Shown here piece after piece: positions 55,359-64,000 of a DNA stretch of 64,000 bases. The notes below the pieces were generated by a model. That model was given only the letters and a program-made list of their open reading frames with translations. It searched no databases and was not told where the DNA came from. The position numbers and the translations under genes were made by a program. The stretch is taken from the NCBI GenBank assembly GCA_039795775.1, contig JBDKLC010000003.1, positions 797 through 64,796 on the forward strand, read 5' to 3'. Within the stretch, counting starts at the first letter, position 1, and the number at the start of each line of letters is the position of its first letter. The DNA comes from Candidatus Parcubacteria bacterium (GTDB lineage Bacteria > Patescibacteriota > Minisyncoccia > Phycocordibacterales > CAIZLB01).

Positions 55359-55901
55359 ATGAATCAATTTGATATACTAGTGCAAATGACAAATTTCATG
55401 GTAGCCATCACCCACATCGGCAGCCCTCAGATGATGCTCCTCCTCACGTTTTTTCTCGTCGTATTTATGTGGCATCACAAAAAACCACACCATCTTTTTC
55501 AATTTGCTCTCTTTATGATCCTTGGTGCAGTTTCTGTTTACCTTTTGAAAATAGCTTTTAAAATTCCTCGACCTGCAGGCGGTCTTATTACAGAATATGG
55601 ATACGGCTTTCCAAGTGGACACGCTGCTATGGCTACTCTTTTCTTTTTGCTAGTCATCTACACATATAGAACACATTTCGAACAAGCTATCGCACGATTT
55701 TTATTTGTAACAGGTAGTCTCGCACTCATTGGCATTATTAGTTACAGTCGAATATATCTAGGCGTACATACACCTACAGATGTTATTGGTGGTATGTGCA
55801 TTGGCACACTCTGGTTTGTTTTCTCAATTTGGTTTTATAAATGGCTTTTGAAAGCATATCCAAATCTTGGATCTTCGCTTGGTGAAGAAACCATAAAATA
55901 A
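55359..55901 (+). CDS. PAP2 family phosphatase (undecaprenyl-diphosphate / phosphatidic acid phosphatase type 2)
   Basis: KxxxxxxRP, PSGH, SRxxxxxHxxxD motifs. Confidence 0.8.
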   Translation: MNQFDILVQMTNFMVAITHIGSPQMMLLLTFFLVVFMWHHKKPHHLFQFALFMILGAVSVYLLKIAFKIPRPAGGLITEYGYGFPSGHAAMATLFFLLVIYTYRTHFEQAIARFLFVTGSLALIGIISYSRIYLGVHTPTDVIGGMCIGTLWFVFSIWFYKWLLKAYPNLGSSLGEETIK

Positions 55902-55913
55902 TTTTCAAATCAT

Positions 55914-56471
55914 ATGATAATCATCGGACTTACAGGAACAATAGGTGCAGGCAAAGGAACAGTCGTTGATTATCTCACCAAAGAAAAAGGATTTGTTCAC
56001 TACTCAGCCAGGGAAGTACTTACAAGAGAAGTAGAAAAAAGAGGTATGCCTCTCAACAGAGACAGTTATGCGCATGTTGCAAACGGACTCCGAAACGTTC
56101 ACGGTCCGTTTTATATTGCCGAACAGCTTTTTATTGAAGCAAAAAAACACGGGCGAAATGCAATCATCGAATCTCTTCGAACTCCTGGGGAAGTTAACTT
56201 TCTTCGAGAAAATCCAGGGTTTGTACTTCTTGCTGTAGATGCAGATATCGAAACACGGTATGAACGTATCAAAAGGCGAAAGTCAGAAACAGACCATATT
56301 TCGTTTGAAAAATTCAAATCAGATAATGAGAGAGAAATGACATCGGTAGACCCATATTCTCAAAACATCAATGCCTGTATAGCAATGGCAGATGCTGTGG
56401 TTCACAATCAAGGCTCACTAGAAGCTCTGTATGTAGAAGTTGATGAGGCACTCGCAAAGTTCTTCAAGTAA
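55914..56471 (+). CDS. P-loop nucleotide kinase (dephospho-CoA kinase / dNMP kinase-like)
   Basis: IIGLTGTIGAGKGT Walker A at the N-terminus, ~185 aa. Confidence 0.45.
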   Translation: MIIIGLTGTIGAGKGTVVDYLTKEKGFVHYSAREVLTREVEKRGMPLNRDSYAHVANGLRNVHGPFYIAEQLFIEAKKHGRNAIIESLRTPGEVNFLRENPGFVLLAVDADIETRYERIKRRKSETDHISFEKFKSDNEREMTSVDPYSQNINACIAMADAVVHNQGSLEALYVEVDEALAKFFK

Positions 56472-56479
56472 GTATAAAA

Positions 56480-57103
56480 TTGACCTATATGACATTCTTA
56501 TCAAACCTCGGATGGCGATTTGCCACTCAACATTTTAATGGTGCTAGTGTAGATGGGGAATTAAGCTCACAAGTGCTCGATGCTATTCGGATGGCTCCAT
56601 CATCATTTGGTCTTCAGCCATATCACATTACAGTTGTTCGAAATTCAGAATTGCAAAAAGCATTACGAACACACGCATTTGATCAGGCTCAGATTACAGA
56701 CAGTTCACATGTGTTAGTTTTCTCAATTCGCACAGACATCAACGAACGAATTTCAAAGTACTTTGATGTAGAAGCAGCAGGGGAGGAAAGTCTTCGTCAG
56801 TCATACAAGTCATACGAAGAATCAATTCAAAAAACATTTGCTTCTATGGATGAATCAAAATTGAAACACTGGGCAACACATCAGACATATATTGCTCTCG
56901 GTTTCGCTTTGGCTGCTTGTGCAGAACTTCAACTTGATTCGTGTCCTATCGAAGGGTTTGATGTAAAAGCTGTACGTGAGACACTTCATCTTCCAATGAC
57001 ACATGAAGCTGTAGTTATGCTTTGCGTTGGATATCGAGATCCTTCGGCCAAGATTCGACCTAAAGTTCGGTTTGCCACAGAAGACTTATTTACTTTGCTC
57101 TAA
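56480..57103 (+). CDS. nitroreductase family protein
   Basis: Nitroreductase fold pattern (..APSSFGLQPY..). Confidence 0.7.
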   Translation: MTYMTFLSNLGWRFATQHFNGASVDGELSSQVLDAIRMAPSSFGLQPYHITVVRNSELQKALRTHAFDQAQITDSSHVLVFSIRTDINERISKYFDVEAAGEESLRQSYKSYEESIQKTFASMDESKLKHWATHQTYIALGFALAACAELQLDSCPIEGFDVKAVRETLHLPMTHEAVVMLCVGYRDPSAKIRPKVRFATEDLFTLL

Positions 57104-57124
57104 TACCCATATAAAATTGTATAT

Positions 57125-57313
57125 ATGAGCGCGAAACTAAAAAAAGAAAATATGATCACTGACAATGGTACCTCTGCTATTATTGATTCTCAAAAAGAAA
57201 TTTTCCAGGAATTGAAACTCACTCTCGAAGAACAAAAAGAAATTACTCAGCTTGTAAACTTTTTTGTTCTTGCGTTGTTCATGATTATAACTATGTACTT
57301 TTTTATCATTTAG
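57125..57313 (+). CDS. small hypothetical membrane protein
   Basis: 62 aa, C-terminal TM helix. Confidence 0.25.
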   Translation: MSAKLKKENMITDNGTSAIIDSQKEIFQELKLTLEEQKEITQLVNFFVLALFMIITMYFFII

Positions 57314-57323
57314 GTATATCTAA

Positions 57324-58085
57324 ATGACACTACTTCACGCACTTATTCTCGGTATTGTTGAGGGTATAACAGAATTCCTACCCATCTCATCAACAGGGCA
57401 TCTCATTCTCGTTTCCAAGCTTCTTGGTATCGAGGAAACTTCATTTACTACTAGTTTCAACGTTATTATTCAGCTAGGTGCGATACTCGCAGTCCTTGTT
57501 TTGTATTGGCGAGTTGTTTTTTCAAACAAAGAGTTATTTAAAAAAGCAGTCATTGGCTTTGTTCCAACAATGGTTCTTGGTTTAGTTTTTTATAAAGTTG
57601 TTAAAACATTCCTCGGAAGTCCAAGTGTTGTGGCATGGTCACTTATCATTGGAGGTATTCTTCTTATTGTATTTGAAAAGAGACAGAAACCCGGCCAAGT
57701 TGTGTCAGACAACCTCACATACAAACAGTCGGCTCTCGTCGGTGTGTTTCAATCAATCGCATTTATTCCAGGAGTTTCTCGATCGGCTGCGACTATTGTT
57801 GGGGGACAGCTTATGGGTATTAGCCGAAAAGCTATTGTGGAATTTTCATTCATCCTTGCGGTGCCAACTATGCTTGCCGCTTCAACCCTCGACATTCTCA
57901 AACACGCAGATACATTTACAACTCAAAACATTGAACTCCTCGTTGTAGGATTTATAACTGCTTTTGTTGTGGCATTCTTAGCTATCAAGAGCTTCTTGTC
58001 ATATATTCAAAAGCATTCATTCGTAGCTTTTGGTGTGTACCGAATTATTGTTGGAATTATTTTCCTGTTGTTTGTCCTTCGATAG
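57324..58085 (+). CDS. uppP: undecaprenyl-diphosphatase UppP/BacA
   Basis: EGITEFLPISSTGHL signature, 8 TM helices. Confidence 0.9.
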   Translation: MTLLHALILGIVEGITEFLPISSTGHLILVSKLLGIEETSFTTSFNVIIQLGAILAVLVLYWRVVFSNKELFKKAVIGFVPTMVLGLVFYKVVKTFLGSPSVVAWSLIIGGILLIVFEKRQKPGQVVSDNLTYKQSALVGVFQSIAFIPGVSRSAATIVGGQLMGISRKAIVEFSFILAVPTMLAASTLDILKHADTFTTQNIELLVVGFITAFVVAFLAIKSFLSYIQKHSFVAFGVYRIIVGIIFLLFVLR

Positions 58086-58593
58086 GTTTACCGACAGAGA
58101 GGAGATACATGTCTCGATAAAATTCATCTGGATCAAGACCCATCTTTTGCATTCGCTTTTTTCGAATAAGATATTCAACGATAGAGAAGGGACGTACAAA
58201 GTGAAGTCGTTGCCACGCCATTGAGACAACATCAAAAATCATGTGATAAGCCATACCTCCGAGAATAGTAAGGAAAAAGTCGTAGTGGACGTATACCGCC
58301 AAAAGGTAAATAACTACATAAAGCTCTACTGTGTGGAGAATACTAAATCCGAGCTTTCGCTTATCAAATCGATTGTCTATTACTTTGTCGTAATATCGAA
58401 ACATTTGTTTTGGACTCCAATCTGCAAACTTTGTCTTCCATAGATAATCGAGGTAGTGATCTGCGTCGATAAGAACTGAAGCGGTAAAGAATACAGAACT
58501 CTTCCAAGGACCGAGAAGTGGATAAAAGAGAGCTGTACCAACAACTCCCGCAACAATGTGGCTTTTGAGCATCATAGGCCACCATTCTAGCAA
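58057..58593 (-). CDS. hypothetical integral membrane protein
   Basis: 178 aa with 4-5 TM helices. Overlaps the uppP 3' end by 29 nt (convergent). Confidence 0.35.
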   Translation of the reverse strand: MLEWWPMMLKSHIVAGVVGTALFYPLLGPWKSSVFFTASVLIDADHYLDYLWKTKFADWSPKQMFRYYDKVIDNRFDKRKLGFSILHTVELYVVIYLLAVYVHYDFFLTILGGMAYHMIFDVVSMAWQRLHFVRPFSIVEYLIRKKRMQKMGLDPDEFYRDMYLLSVGKPIEGQTTGK

Positions 58594-58623
58594 ATATTCA
58601 TAGGCTTTGTTAGACTCATTCTA

Positions 58624-59523
58624 ATGTCTATTTCTACCGACCAATCAAATGCACATCACGCAACCATTCTCGATGGCAAAGTCGTGCGGGATCATATTGC
58701 TCAGACGTTGATAGAAAAAGTGAAGACACTTTCGTTTGTTCCTGCGCTTGCCATTGTTCAAGTTGGCGATATCCCAGAATCAGATGCATTTATTCGACAA
58801 AAGAATCTATTTGCGGCGAAGATAGGAGTTACATCTCTTCACAAAAAATTTCCAAACTCAATTTCAGAACAAGAACTGATTAAGGAAATTGAAATTTTAA
58901 ATAAAGATACACAGATACAAGGAATCATCGTTCAGCTGCCACTTCCTGCTCACATAGATAAGAACATGATTATTGAATCAATTCTTCCTGAAAAAGACGC
59001 CGACGGACTTCATTCAGTAAATGTACAGAAACTCATCGCAAACGATCCTACAGGTATTGTTCCTGCAACGGCTCGTGGCATTCGAACACTCTGTCACTAT
59101 TACCATATTGATTTGAAAGGGAAGCATATTGCGGTGATTGGTACATCAGCTCTTGTTGGTCAGCCAGTAGCTCACGTATGTACAAATGAAGGTGGCATTG
59201 TTACAAGTTGCAATCGAGATACAAAACATATTCCTGAAGTTACAAAAAAATCTGACATTATTATTGTTGCTGCGGGTTCACCAAAACTTATCACCGCACA
59301 ATATGTGGAAAAAGGTCAGACTGTCATTGATGTTGGAATTACATCAGTGCACGCGCACAACGAAAAAAGTGAAATGATAAAAAAGCTTGTAGGTGATGTA
59401 GATTTTGATGAAGTTTCAAAAATTGTGAGCGCAATTACACCAGTTCCTGGAGGTGTTGGTCCTCTCACTGTTGCATCATTGTTTGAAAATGTTGTGGATG
59501 CGGCAATTAAAATGATAAAATAG
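58624..59523 (+). CDS. folD: bifunctional methylenetetrahydrofolate dehydrogenase/cyclohydrolase FolD
   Basis: Conserved FolD substrate and NADP-binding pattern (GVTSLHKKF..., GxSxxVGxP). Confidence 0.85.
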   Translation: MSISTDQSNAHHATILDGKVVRDHIAQTLIEKVKTLSFVPALAIVQVGDIPESDAFIRQKNLFAAKIGVTSLHKKFPNSISEQELIKEIEILNKDTQIQGIIVQLPLPAHIDKNMIIESILPEKDADGLHSVNVQKLIANDPTGIVPATARGIRTLCHYYHIDLKGKHIAVIGTSALVGQPVAHVCTNEGGIVTSCNRDTKHIPEVTKKSDIIIVAAGSPKLITAQYVEKGQTVIDVGITSVHAHNEKSEMIKKLVGDVDFDEVSKIVSAITPVPGGVGPLTVASLFENVVDAAIKMIK

Positions 59524-59549
59524 AGTTCTTACCAACTTAGTTATTTATA

Positions 59550-60383
59550 ATGGATAAAAATAAACACGAGATCCACGATCTCAACATGTATCTTAAAGTC
59601 GCTGGCGTTGCTGCGTTAGGTGTTCTTACACTTTTCCTCGTTGCAAAAACAGTGAACGAAGCAAAGACATACATTACTATCGGTGAAAACCCGTCAGAAA
59701 TTTCAAAGACTATCAACGTGAACGGTCATGCTGAAATTACTGCGCTTCCTGACGTTGCAACATTTAGTTGGACAACAACAGAAGAAGGGAAGACAGTTCA
59801 GGATGCTCAAGACAAGTCAGCCGAAAAGAGTAATAAAGCAATTGCTTACCTCGAAAGTCAGGGTGTACCACGAGCAGATATTTCAACAGGAGGATTCAGT
59901 ACTTCAGAAAAGTACAGTTCAAGTATTTGTAACTATGAATCCGCTCGACCGACACCATGTCCTGTGACAAGTGAAGTCGTTGGATATACAACATATCAGA
60001 CTGTTTCAGTAAAAGTGCGAAATGCTCAGCAGAATTCAAAGAAAGTTTCTCAGTACATTGCTGAAATCGGCAAAATGGGTGTAAAGACAACAGATGTAAG
60101 TTATACATTTGATAACCCAACAAACCTTAAAGTAAGTGCTCAGGAAGCTGCTATCTACAATGCGCACCAGAATGCTGAACGACTTGCAAAGAGTCTCGGC
60201 GTAAAACTCGGTGAAGTTATTGGATACTACGACAATAACAGTTCAGCGTACGAAGGATACGGAGGAATGGCTATGAGTGCTAAATCATCAATGATGGATG
60301 CACGAGCACCTATTGCACCAGATCTACCTTCAGGTGATCGAACAATCTCTTCAGATGTAGTTGTTACGTACTCTATTCGATAG
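59550..60383 (+). CDS. SIMPL domain protein (DUF541, BP26/Omp28-like)
   Basis: N-terminal TM, SIMPL-like beta/alpha pattern. Confidence 0.55.
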   Translation: MDKNKHEIHDLNMYLKVAGVAALGVLTLFLVAKTVNEAKTYITIGENPSEISKTINVNGHAEITALPDVATFSWTTTEEGKTVQDAQDKSAEKSNKAIAYLESQGVPRADISTGGFSTSEKYSSSICNYESARPTPCPVTSEVVGYTTYQTVSVKVRNAQQNSKKVSQYIAEIGKMGVKTTDVSYTFDNPTNLKVSAQEAAIYNAHQNAERLAKSLGVKLGEVIGYYDNNSSAYEGYGGMAMSAKSSMMDARAPIAPDLPSGDRTISSDVVVTYSIR

Positions 60384-60417
60384 AGAGATCGACAAATACA
60401 ATCCATTATAGATCGAG

Positions 60418-60452
60418 AAAAAGCCCTCGTTTGTCGGGGGCTTTTTCTTTTA
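60418..60452 (+). terminator. terminator (AAAAAGCCCTCGTTTGTCGGGGGCTTTTT)
   Basis: Hairpin followed by T-run. Confidence 0.65.
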
Positions 60453-60564
60453 TGTTTTATTTAAGAGTGTTTGAATGTTGAGATTGACAAAAGCCCATAT
60501 CGGGAGTATTATTATGTACATAGATATCAACCACACCCGGGAGGGTGTTTTTAAATACAAAATT

Positions 60565-60744
60565 ATGTCATTAACTGATTACATCAAAGAAACACGAGCC
60601 GAAATGAAGCACGTGAGTTGGCCAACAAAGCGACAGACAATCGTATTCACAATCGTTGTGATCGCAATTTCAGTATTTGTTGCAATATATCTTGGTCTCT
60701 TTGACTACCTCTTCACTACACTTCTCAAAGATTTCATTATCTAG
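60565..60744 (+). CDS. secE: preprotein translocase subunit SecE
   Basis: 59 aa with a single TM helix, immediately upstream of nusG, with the KETRAEMKHVSWPT SecE signature. Confidence 0.8.
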   Translation: MSLTDYIKETRAEMKHVSWPTKRQTIVFTIVVIAISVFVAIYLGLFDYLFTTLLKDFII

Positions 60745-60778
60745 TTATTTAGCACCTTTGTTTAATTAAACACATATT

Positions 60779-61321
60779 ATGTCAAAACAAGCTCAAGGCG
60801 AACGAAATTGGTACGCAATCCACACATACGCTGGATATGAAAACGCAGTAATGCGAAACCTCAAGCAGCGAATCGAGTCTCTCGGTATGGAAGACCGAAT
60901 TTTCAACGTGGTTGTTCCAACGGAAAAAAGCATCAAGATCAAAGCAGGGAAGCGAGTAGAAGAAGAAGAAAAGATTTACCCAGGATATGTACTCGTAGAT
61001 ATGATCGTAACTGACGATTCATGGTACGTAGTTCGAAACACTCCTCGAGTAACAGGATTCGTAGGTTCAGGTGTATTCCCAGTACCTGTAAATAAGGCAG
61101 AAGTAGAAGGTCTCTTCAAACGAATGAATACAGAGACTGTAAAACACACTATCGACCTCACATCTGGCGACCTCATTACTATTACAGACGGTCCATTCAA
61201 GGATCTCGAAGGTAAGGTTTCAGAAGTAGACAATGACCGAGGAAAGGTTCGAGTACTCGTATCTATGTTCGGCCGAGAAACTCCAGTAGAGCTCGATTTC
61301 TTGCAAGTTAAGCGAATGTAA
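60779..61321 (+). CDS. nusG: transcription termination/antitermination factor NusG
   Basis: NGN domain WYAIHTYAGYE, KOW motif GD.I.I.DGPFKDLEGKV. Confidence 0.92.
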   Translation: MSKQAQGERNWYAIHTYAGYENAVMRNLKQRIESLGMEDRIFNVVVPTEKSIKIKAGKRVEEEEKIYPGYVLVDMIVTDDSWYVVRNTPRVTGFVGSGVFPVPVNKAEVEGLFKRMNTETVKHTIDLTSGDLITITDGPFKDLEGKVSEVDNDRGKVRVLVSMFGRETPVELDFLQVKRM

Positions 61322-61416
61322 GGTAATTTATAAGAACTTCAGCCACACAACCGCCACGCTTCTAGGCGGCCTCAGGATTGAAGAAGCAAAGAATATATTC
61401 AAAAATTTATACAAAT

Positions 61417-61839
61417 ATGGCTAAAAAGATAATCAAACAGCTTAAATTGCAGATTCCTGCAGCTAAAGCAAACCCAGCACCTCCAGTAGGTCCAGCTCTC
61501 GGTCAGGCGGGCGTAAACATCGGAGAATTCGTAAAGCGATTCAACGATGCTACAGCCAAAATGGCCGGTAGTATTGTCCCAGTAGTGATCTCAGTATTCG
61601 ACGATCGAACATTCGATTTCGTAATGAAGACACCTCCTGCGGCATCTCTCATTCTCAAAGCCGCTGGCCTCGAGAAGGGATCAGGAACTCCAAACTCTAA
61701 GAAAGTAGGTTCAATCACAAAGGCACAACTCAAAGCAATCGCTGAACAGAAAATGCCAGACCTCAATGCAAAAGACATTGAAGGCGCAATGAAAATGATT
61801 GAAGGTAGTGCAAAAGCACTTGGTATCGAAGTTAAATAA
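61417..61839 (+). CDS. rplK: 50S ribosomal protein L11
   Basis: [22 protein letters not shown] signature. Confidence 0.92.
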   Translation: MAKKIIKQLKLQIPAAKANPAPPVGPALGQAGVNIGEFVKRFNDATAKMAGSIVPVVISVFDDRTFDFVMKTPPAASLILKAAGLEKGSGTPNSKKVGSITKAQLKAIAEQKMPDLNAKDIEGAMKMIEGSAKALGIEVK

Positions 61840-61852
61840 ATAGACTCGAAAC

Positions 61853-61886
61853 AAAAACACCCCGTACGTGGGGTGTTTTTGTTTGT
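61853..61886 (+). terminator. terminator (AAAAACACCCCGTACGTGGGGTGTTTTTGTTTG)
   Basis: Perfect hairpin followed by T-run. Confidence 0.7.
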
Positions 61887-61947
61887 CTGCGTTTTAGACA
61901 AATGTGGTTGACCTCATGGTTAAACTCGCGTACAGTTTTATCCTAGG

Positions 61948-62433
61948 ATGAACATATCCGCTGAGAAAAACGTGCTCCTGTTTGCTGGATTAGGCAGGGC
62001 CCCGGAGCAATACAGTCAATCCATTCAAGGAGATCGTGGAATCGTCGATCTCCTTCGTCGGTCCGAGATCGGAGTGATGAACTTCGAATCGGAACTTAAA
62101 CCACCACAGCACACAAGTTCAGTTAGCATGCCAGAGACGCTTCTCGTGTTCAATGAAATGCAACTGACACCTGAAAAACAGCCAGACTTTTGGCTGCGAG
62201 CAAATCTTCTCGTATTCATCATCGACTTCGAGTCGATGGAGATGGGAGCAAGACTCGCAGAAGCGCAAGAGTATGGCTACCGCATATTATTCCTTCGCCA
62301 CTCGGTGAACGCTGCACGGCCCTTGCCGTCTATGCTTACACCGAAGGAATGCGAAGCAGTCCGCACATATTCGACTGTCCAAGATGTGGTTCGCCACGTG
62401 AACGACACCATCGAGTCTCATGCGAAAAAGTAA
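61948..62433 (+). CDS. hypothetical protein in a GC-elevated (~50%) cassette, possibly nucleoside 2-deoxyribosyltransferase-like fold
   Basis: ANLLVFIIDFESMEMGARLAEAQEYGYRILFL loosely resembles the NDT-like active-site region. Weak call. Confidence 0.3.
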   Translation: MNISAEKNVLLFAGLGRAPEQYSQSIQGDRGIVDLLRRSEIGVMNFESELKPPQHTSSVSMPETLLVFNEMQLTPEKQPDFWLRANLLVFIIDFESMEMGARLAEAQEYGYRILFLRHSVNAARPLPSMLTPKECEAVRTYSTVQDVVRHVNDTIESHAKK

Positions 62434-62507
62434 TTGCAGGTGCAATACAACTATGTGTAAACGTGGTGACACCACAACCGTCGGTCGTTTCAATAACGAC
62501 TGGCACA

Positions 62508-62560
62508 ACCAAAAGGGCCCCGCGCGCAGGACGCGCACGGGGCCTTTTATCTTTTTACAA
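62508..62560 (+). terminator. GC-rich terminator hairpin GGGCCCCGCGCGCAGGACGCGCACGGGGCC followed by a T-run
   Basis: Long GC stem followed by TTTTATCTTTTT. Confidence 0.6.
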
Positions 62561-62581
62561 TTCGTTAAGAATAGGTTGAAC

Positions 62582-63265
62582 CTATTTTTGTTTTTTCTTA
62601 ATGTCTCGATCGAGGTAGAGCTTTGGAAGCATGTCAGACGGTTTCCATCTTTTCTGAAGAACCTTGATGTCGTTTGATGTGTTGTATTTTCCTGATGCAC
62701 TGTAGTCACTTCCGAGGATAGGGCCTGTTTCAAAGAAGATAATCTGAGCAATTCGACGACCTACAACGAGGGGAATGATGTAGTTCTTTGAGTTGTTTGT
62801 GATTTCCATTGTCCATCGGTTGATGTACCCAACGTCACCCCAGCCGGCACATTTACATACTTCGATAAAACTTCGTCCGAGAGATGAGCGAGCTTTCATC
62901 ATAGTTGTGATGTGATCTCGTCCACCAATGAATTCGTTTGTGTGAGCAAGGATAGTTTCACCTGGTCGAAGGAGTATCACTTTGTCTGATGGACTGATTC
63001 CGTCCCAAGAGAAATTATATTTTTCGAATGCCTCTTTTGCTGTGATAGCTTTTTCTACATTGTCTGCACCCCATACGTGTTCCATATGTGACTGACTCCA
63101 AATGTTGTAGATACTATGGTTGTATTTTGGCTGTTGTTCTCGAAAGAAAAATTCGCCCAATGTTACGTCGTAACTTGATGTTGCGAGGTTCTCTCGTTTG
63201 AAGGGAGTGATGATAATGTCTCCAGCTTTTACTGCCTCTAGAATTCGTGTGTCTGATAGTGCCAT
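62582..63265 (-). CDS. dcd: dCTP deaminase
   Basis: MALSDTRILEAV N-terminus and dUTPase-like fold motifs. Confidence 0.8.
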   Translation of the reverse strand: MALSDTRILEAVKAGDIIITPFKRENLATSSYDVTLGEFFFREQQPKYNHSIYNIWSQSHMEHVWGADNVEKAITAKEAFEKYNFSWDGISPSDKVILLRPGETILAHTNEFIGGRDHITTMMKARSSLGRSFIEVCKCAGWGDVGYINRWTMEITNNSKNYIIPLVVGRRIAQIIFFETGPILGSDYSASGKYNTSNDIKVLQKRWKPSDMLPKLYLDRDIKKKQK

Positions 63266-63311
63266 ATATGTATAAATTATTTTTTAATTGTAGTTTGATA
63301 TATGACTTTGT

Positions 63312-63839
63312 CTACTGTACGGAAGAGAGATTGTATTCTGCAAAAAGGGTACCGGTCTCTGTTTTTTCGAGCGAAACCAATTCGAGGGCTTGGTGTAGGG
63401 GTTTATTGAAGAGAGTAATTCCTGAACCAAAAAGGATTGGCTCATAGGTAATATACAGTTTTGTAACTAGACCAGATTCTATAAATTTTGTATAGATTTC
63501 TGAGCCACCACAGATGGCTACCGAAGTGTACCCTCGCTGCTCGAGAGACTGTATAAGTTCTGCCGGTTCTACATTTGTAAATTCAAGGTTGTCAAAAGTT
63601 TCAGTCTGAGATGCGTGAGCTTTTTCTGGGTCTCTTGTATACACAATATTGAGACGCTCTTTGAGTGGTTTTGGCATGGTTGCAAATGTTTTTGAACCCA
63701 TAACAATCACTCGAGCTTCTTTACTCAGTCGAACAAAACGCTGCTTATCTTCTTTGCTTGTCCAACTTACTGAAATTTGGTTTGAATCTTTTGCTATGAA
63801 ACCATCTGAGGTGAGGGAAGCGATAATGAATACATTCAT
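63312..63839 (-). CDS. dihydrofolate reductase family protein
   Basis: ARVIVMGSKTFATMPKPLKERLNIV resembles DHFR R.VIMGRKT..S...PLP.R.NIV. Adjacent to thyA. Confidence 0.6.
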   Translation of the reverse strand: MNVFIIASLTSDGFIAKDSNQISVSWTSKEDKQRFVRLSKEARVIVMGSKTFATMPKPLKERLNIVYTRDPEKAHASQTETFDNLEFTNVEPAELIQSLEQRGYTSVAICGGSEIYTKFIESGLVTKLYITYEPILFGSGITLFNKPLHQALELVSLEKTETGTLFAEYNLSSVQ

Positions 63840-63857
63840 AATAGTGTGAGTTACAGG

Positions 63858-64000
63858 TTAAACCGCCATTTTTGCTTTGATCGCTTCTTCTGGATTGTAG
63901 TCAACAAGTTTTACAAGTTCTTCAAGTCCTTTTTGATCAGGGATCTTTTTTGTATCGAGGTCTTCGAGTGATTTGATATTTGGATTGAGCCAAAGTTTAG
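63858..64000 (-). CDS. thyA: thymidylate synthase ThyA, 3' end only (runs off the window)
   Basis: Manual translation of the minus strand ends ...LVDYNPEEAIKAKMAV*, resembling the ThyA C-terminus. Partial. Confidence 0.4.
   Translation of the reverse strand, partial: KLWLNPNIKSLEDLDTKKIPDQKGLEELVKLVDYNPEEAIKAKMAV

Overview
The window is an AT-rich (~37% GC), tightly packed bacterial chromosome segment. Gene content is reminiscent of a small-genome Patescibacteria/CPR-like organism: type IV pilus genes, very short intergenic gaps, and a broken ribosomal-protein cluster. This taxonomic guess is inference only. The window opens at the chromosomal replication origin, with rpmH-rnpA-yidC divergent from dnaA-dnaN and perfect or near-perfect DnaA boxes in both flanking intergenic regions. 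Housekeeping genes follow: class A PBP, tyrS, ruvC-ruvB, pilB, tsaE, polA, ruvA, mutM, rpsT, pilMNO, rplS, folD, uppP, secE-nusG-rplK, dcd, a DHFR-like gene and a partial thyA. There are seven tRNAs: Lys-TTT, Arg-GCG, Ser-TGA, Arg-TCT, Val-TAC, Leu-GAG and His-GTG. Two things stand out. (1) A defense / mobile island of about 11-14 kb lies against the 3' end of tRNA-Ser, roughly 28.4/31.6 kb to 43.0 kb. It holds a six-gene Type I restriction-modification operon: an extra half-size hsdS, hsdM, an embedded protein I believe is a Shedu/DUF4263-type PD-(D/E)xK nuclease, a full hsdS, hsdR, and a DUF45/YgjP-like metallohydrolase. Next to it are a large serine recombinase, a DUF4238-like protein and, further left, a ParB-nuclease-domain::DNA-methyltransferase fusion with an HTH protein. 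(2) Three compositionally foreign, GC-rich (~50-62% GC) gene cassettes sit in intergenic sites of the AT-rich backbone: 14.1-16.9 kb, 54.4-55.3 kb and 61.9-62.6 kb. All are on the + strand and each ends in a GC-rich hairpin. The first carries a perfect sigma-70 consensus promoter and a structured leader. The third interrupts the normally universal secE-nusG-rplK-rplA-rplJ-rplL cluster directly after rplK. No CRISPR array or rRNA is present. All product calls come from motif recognition by eye and need HMM/BLAST confirmation.
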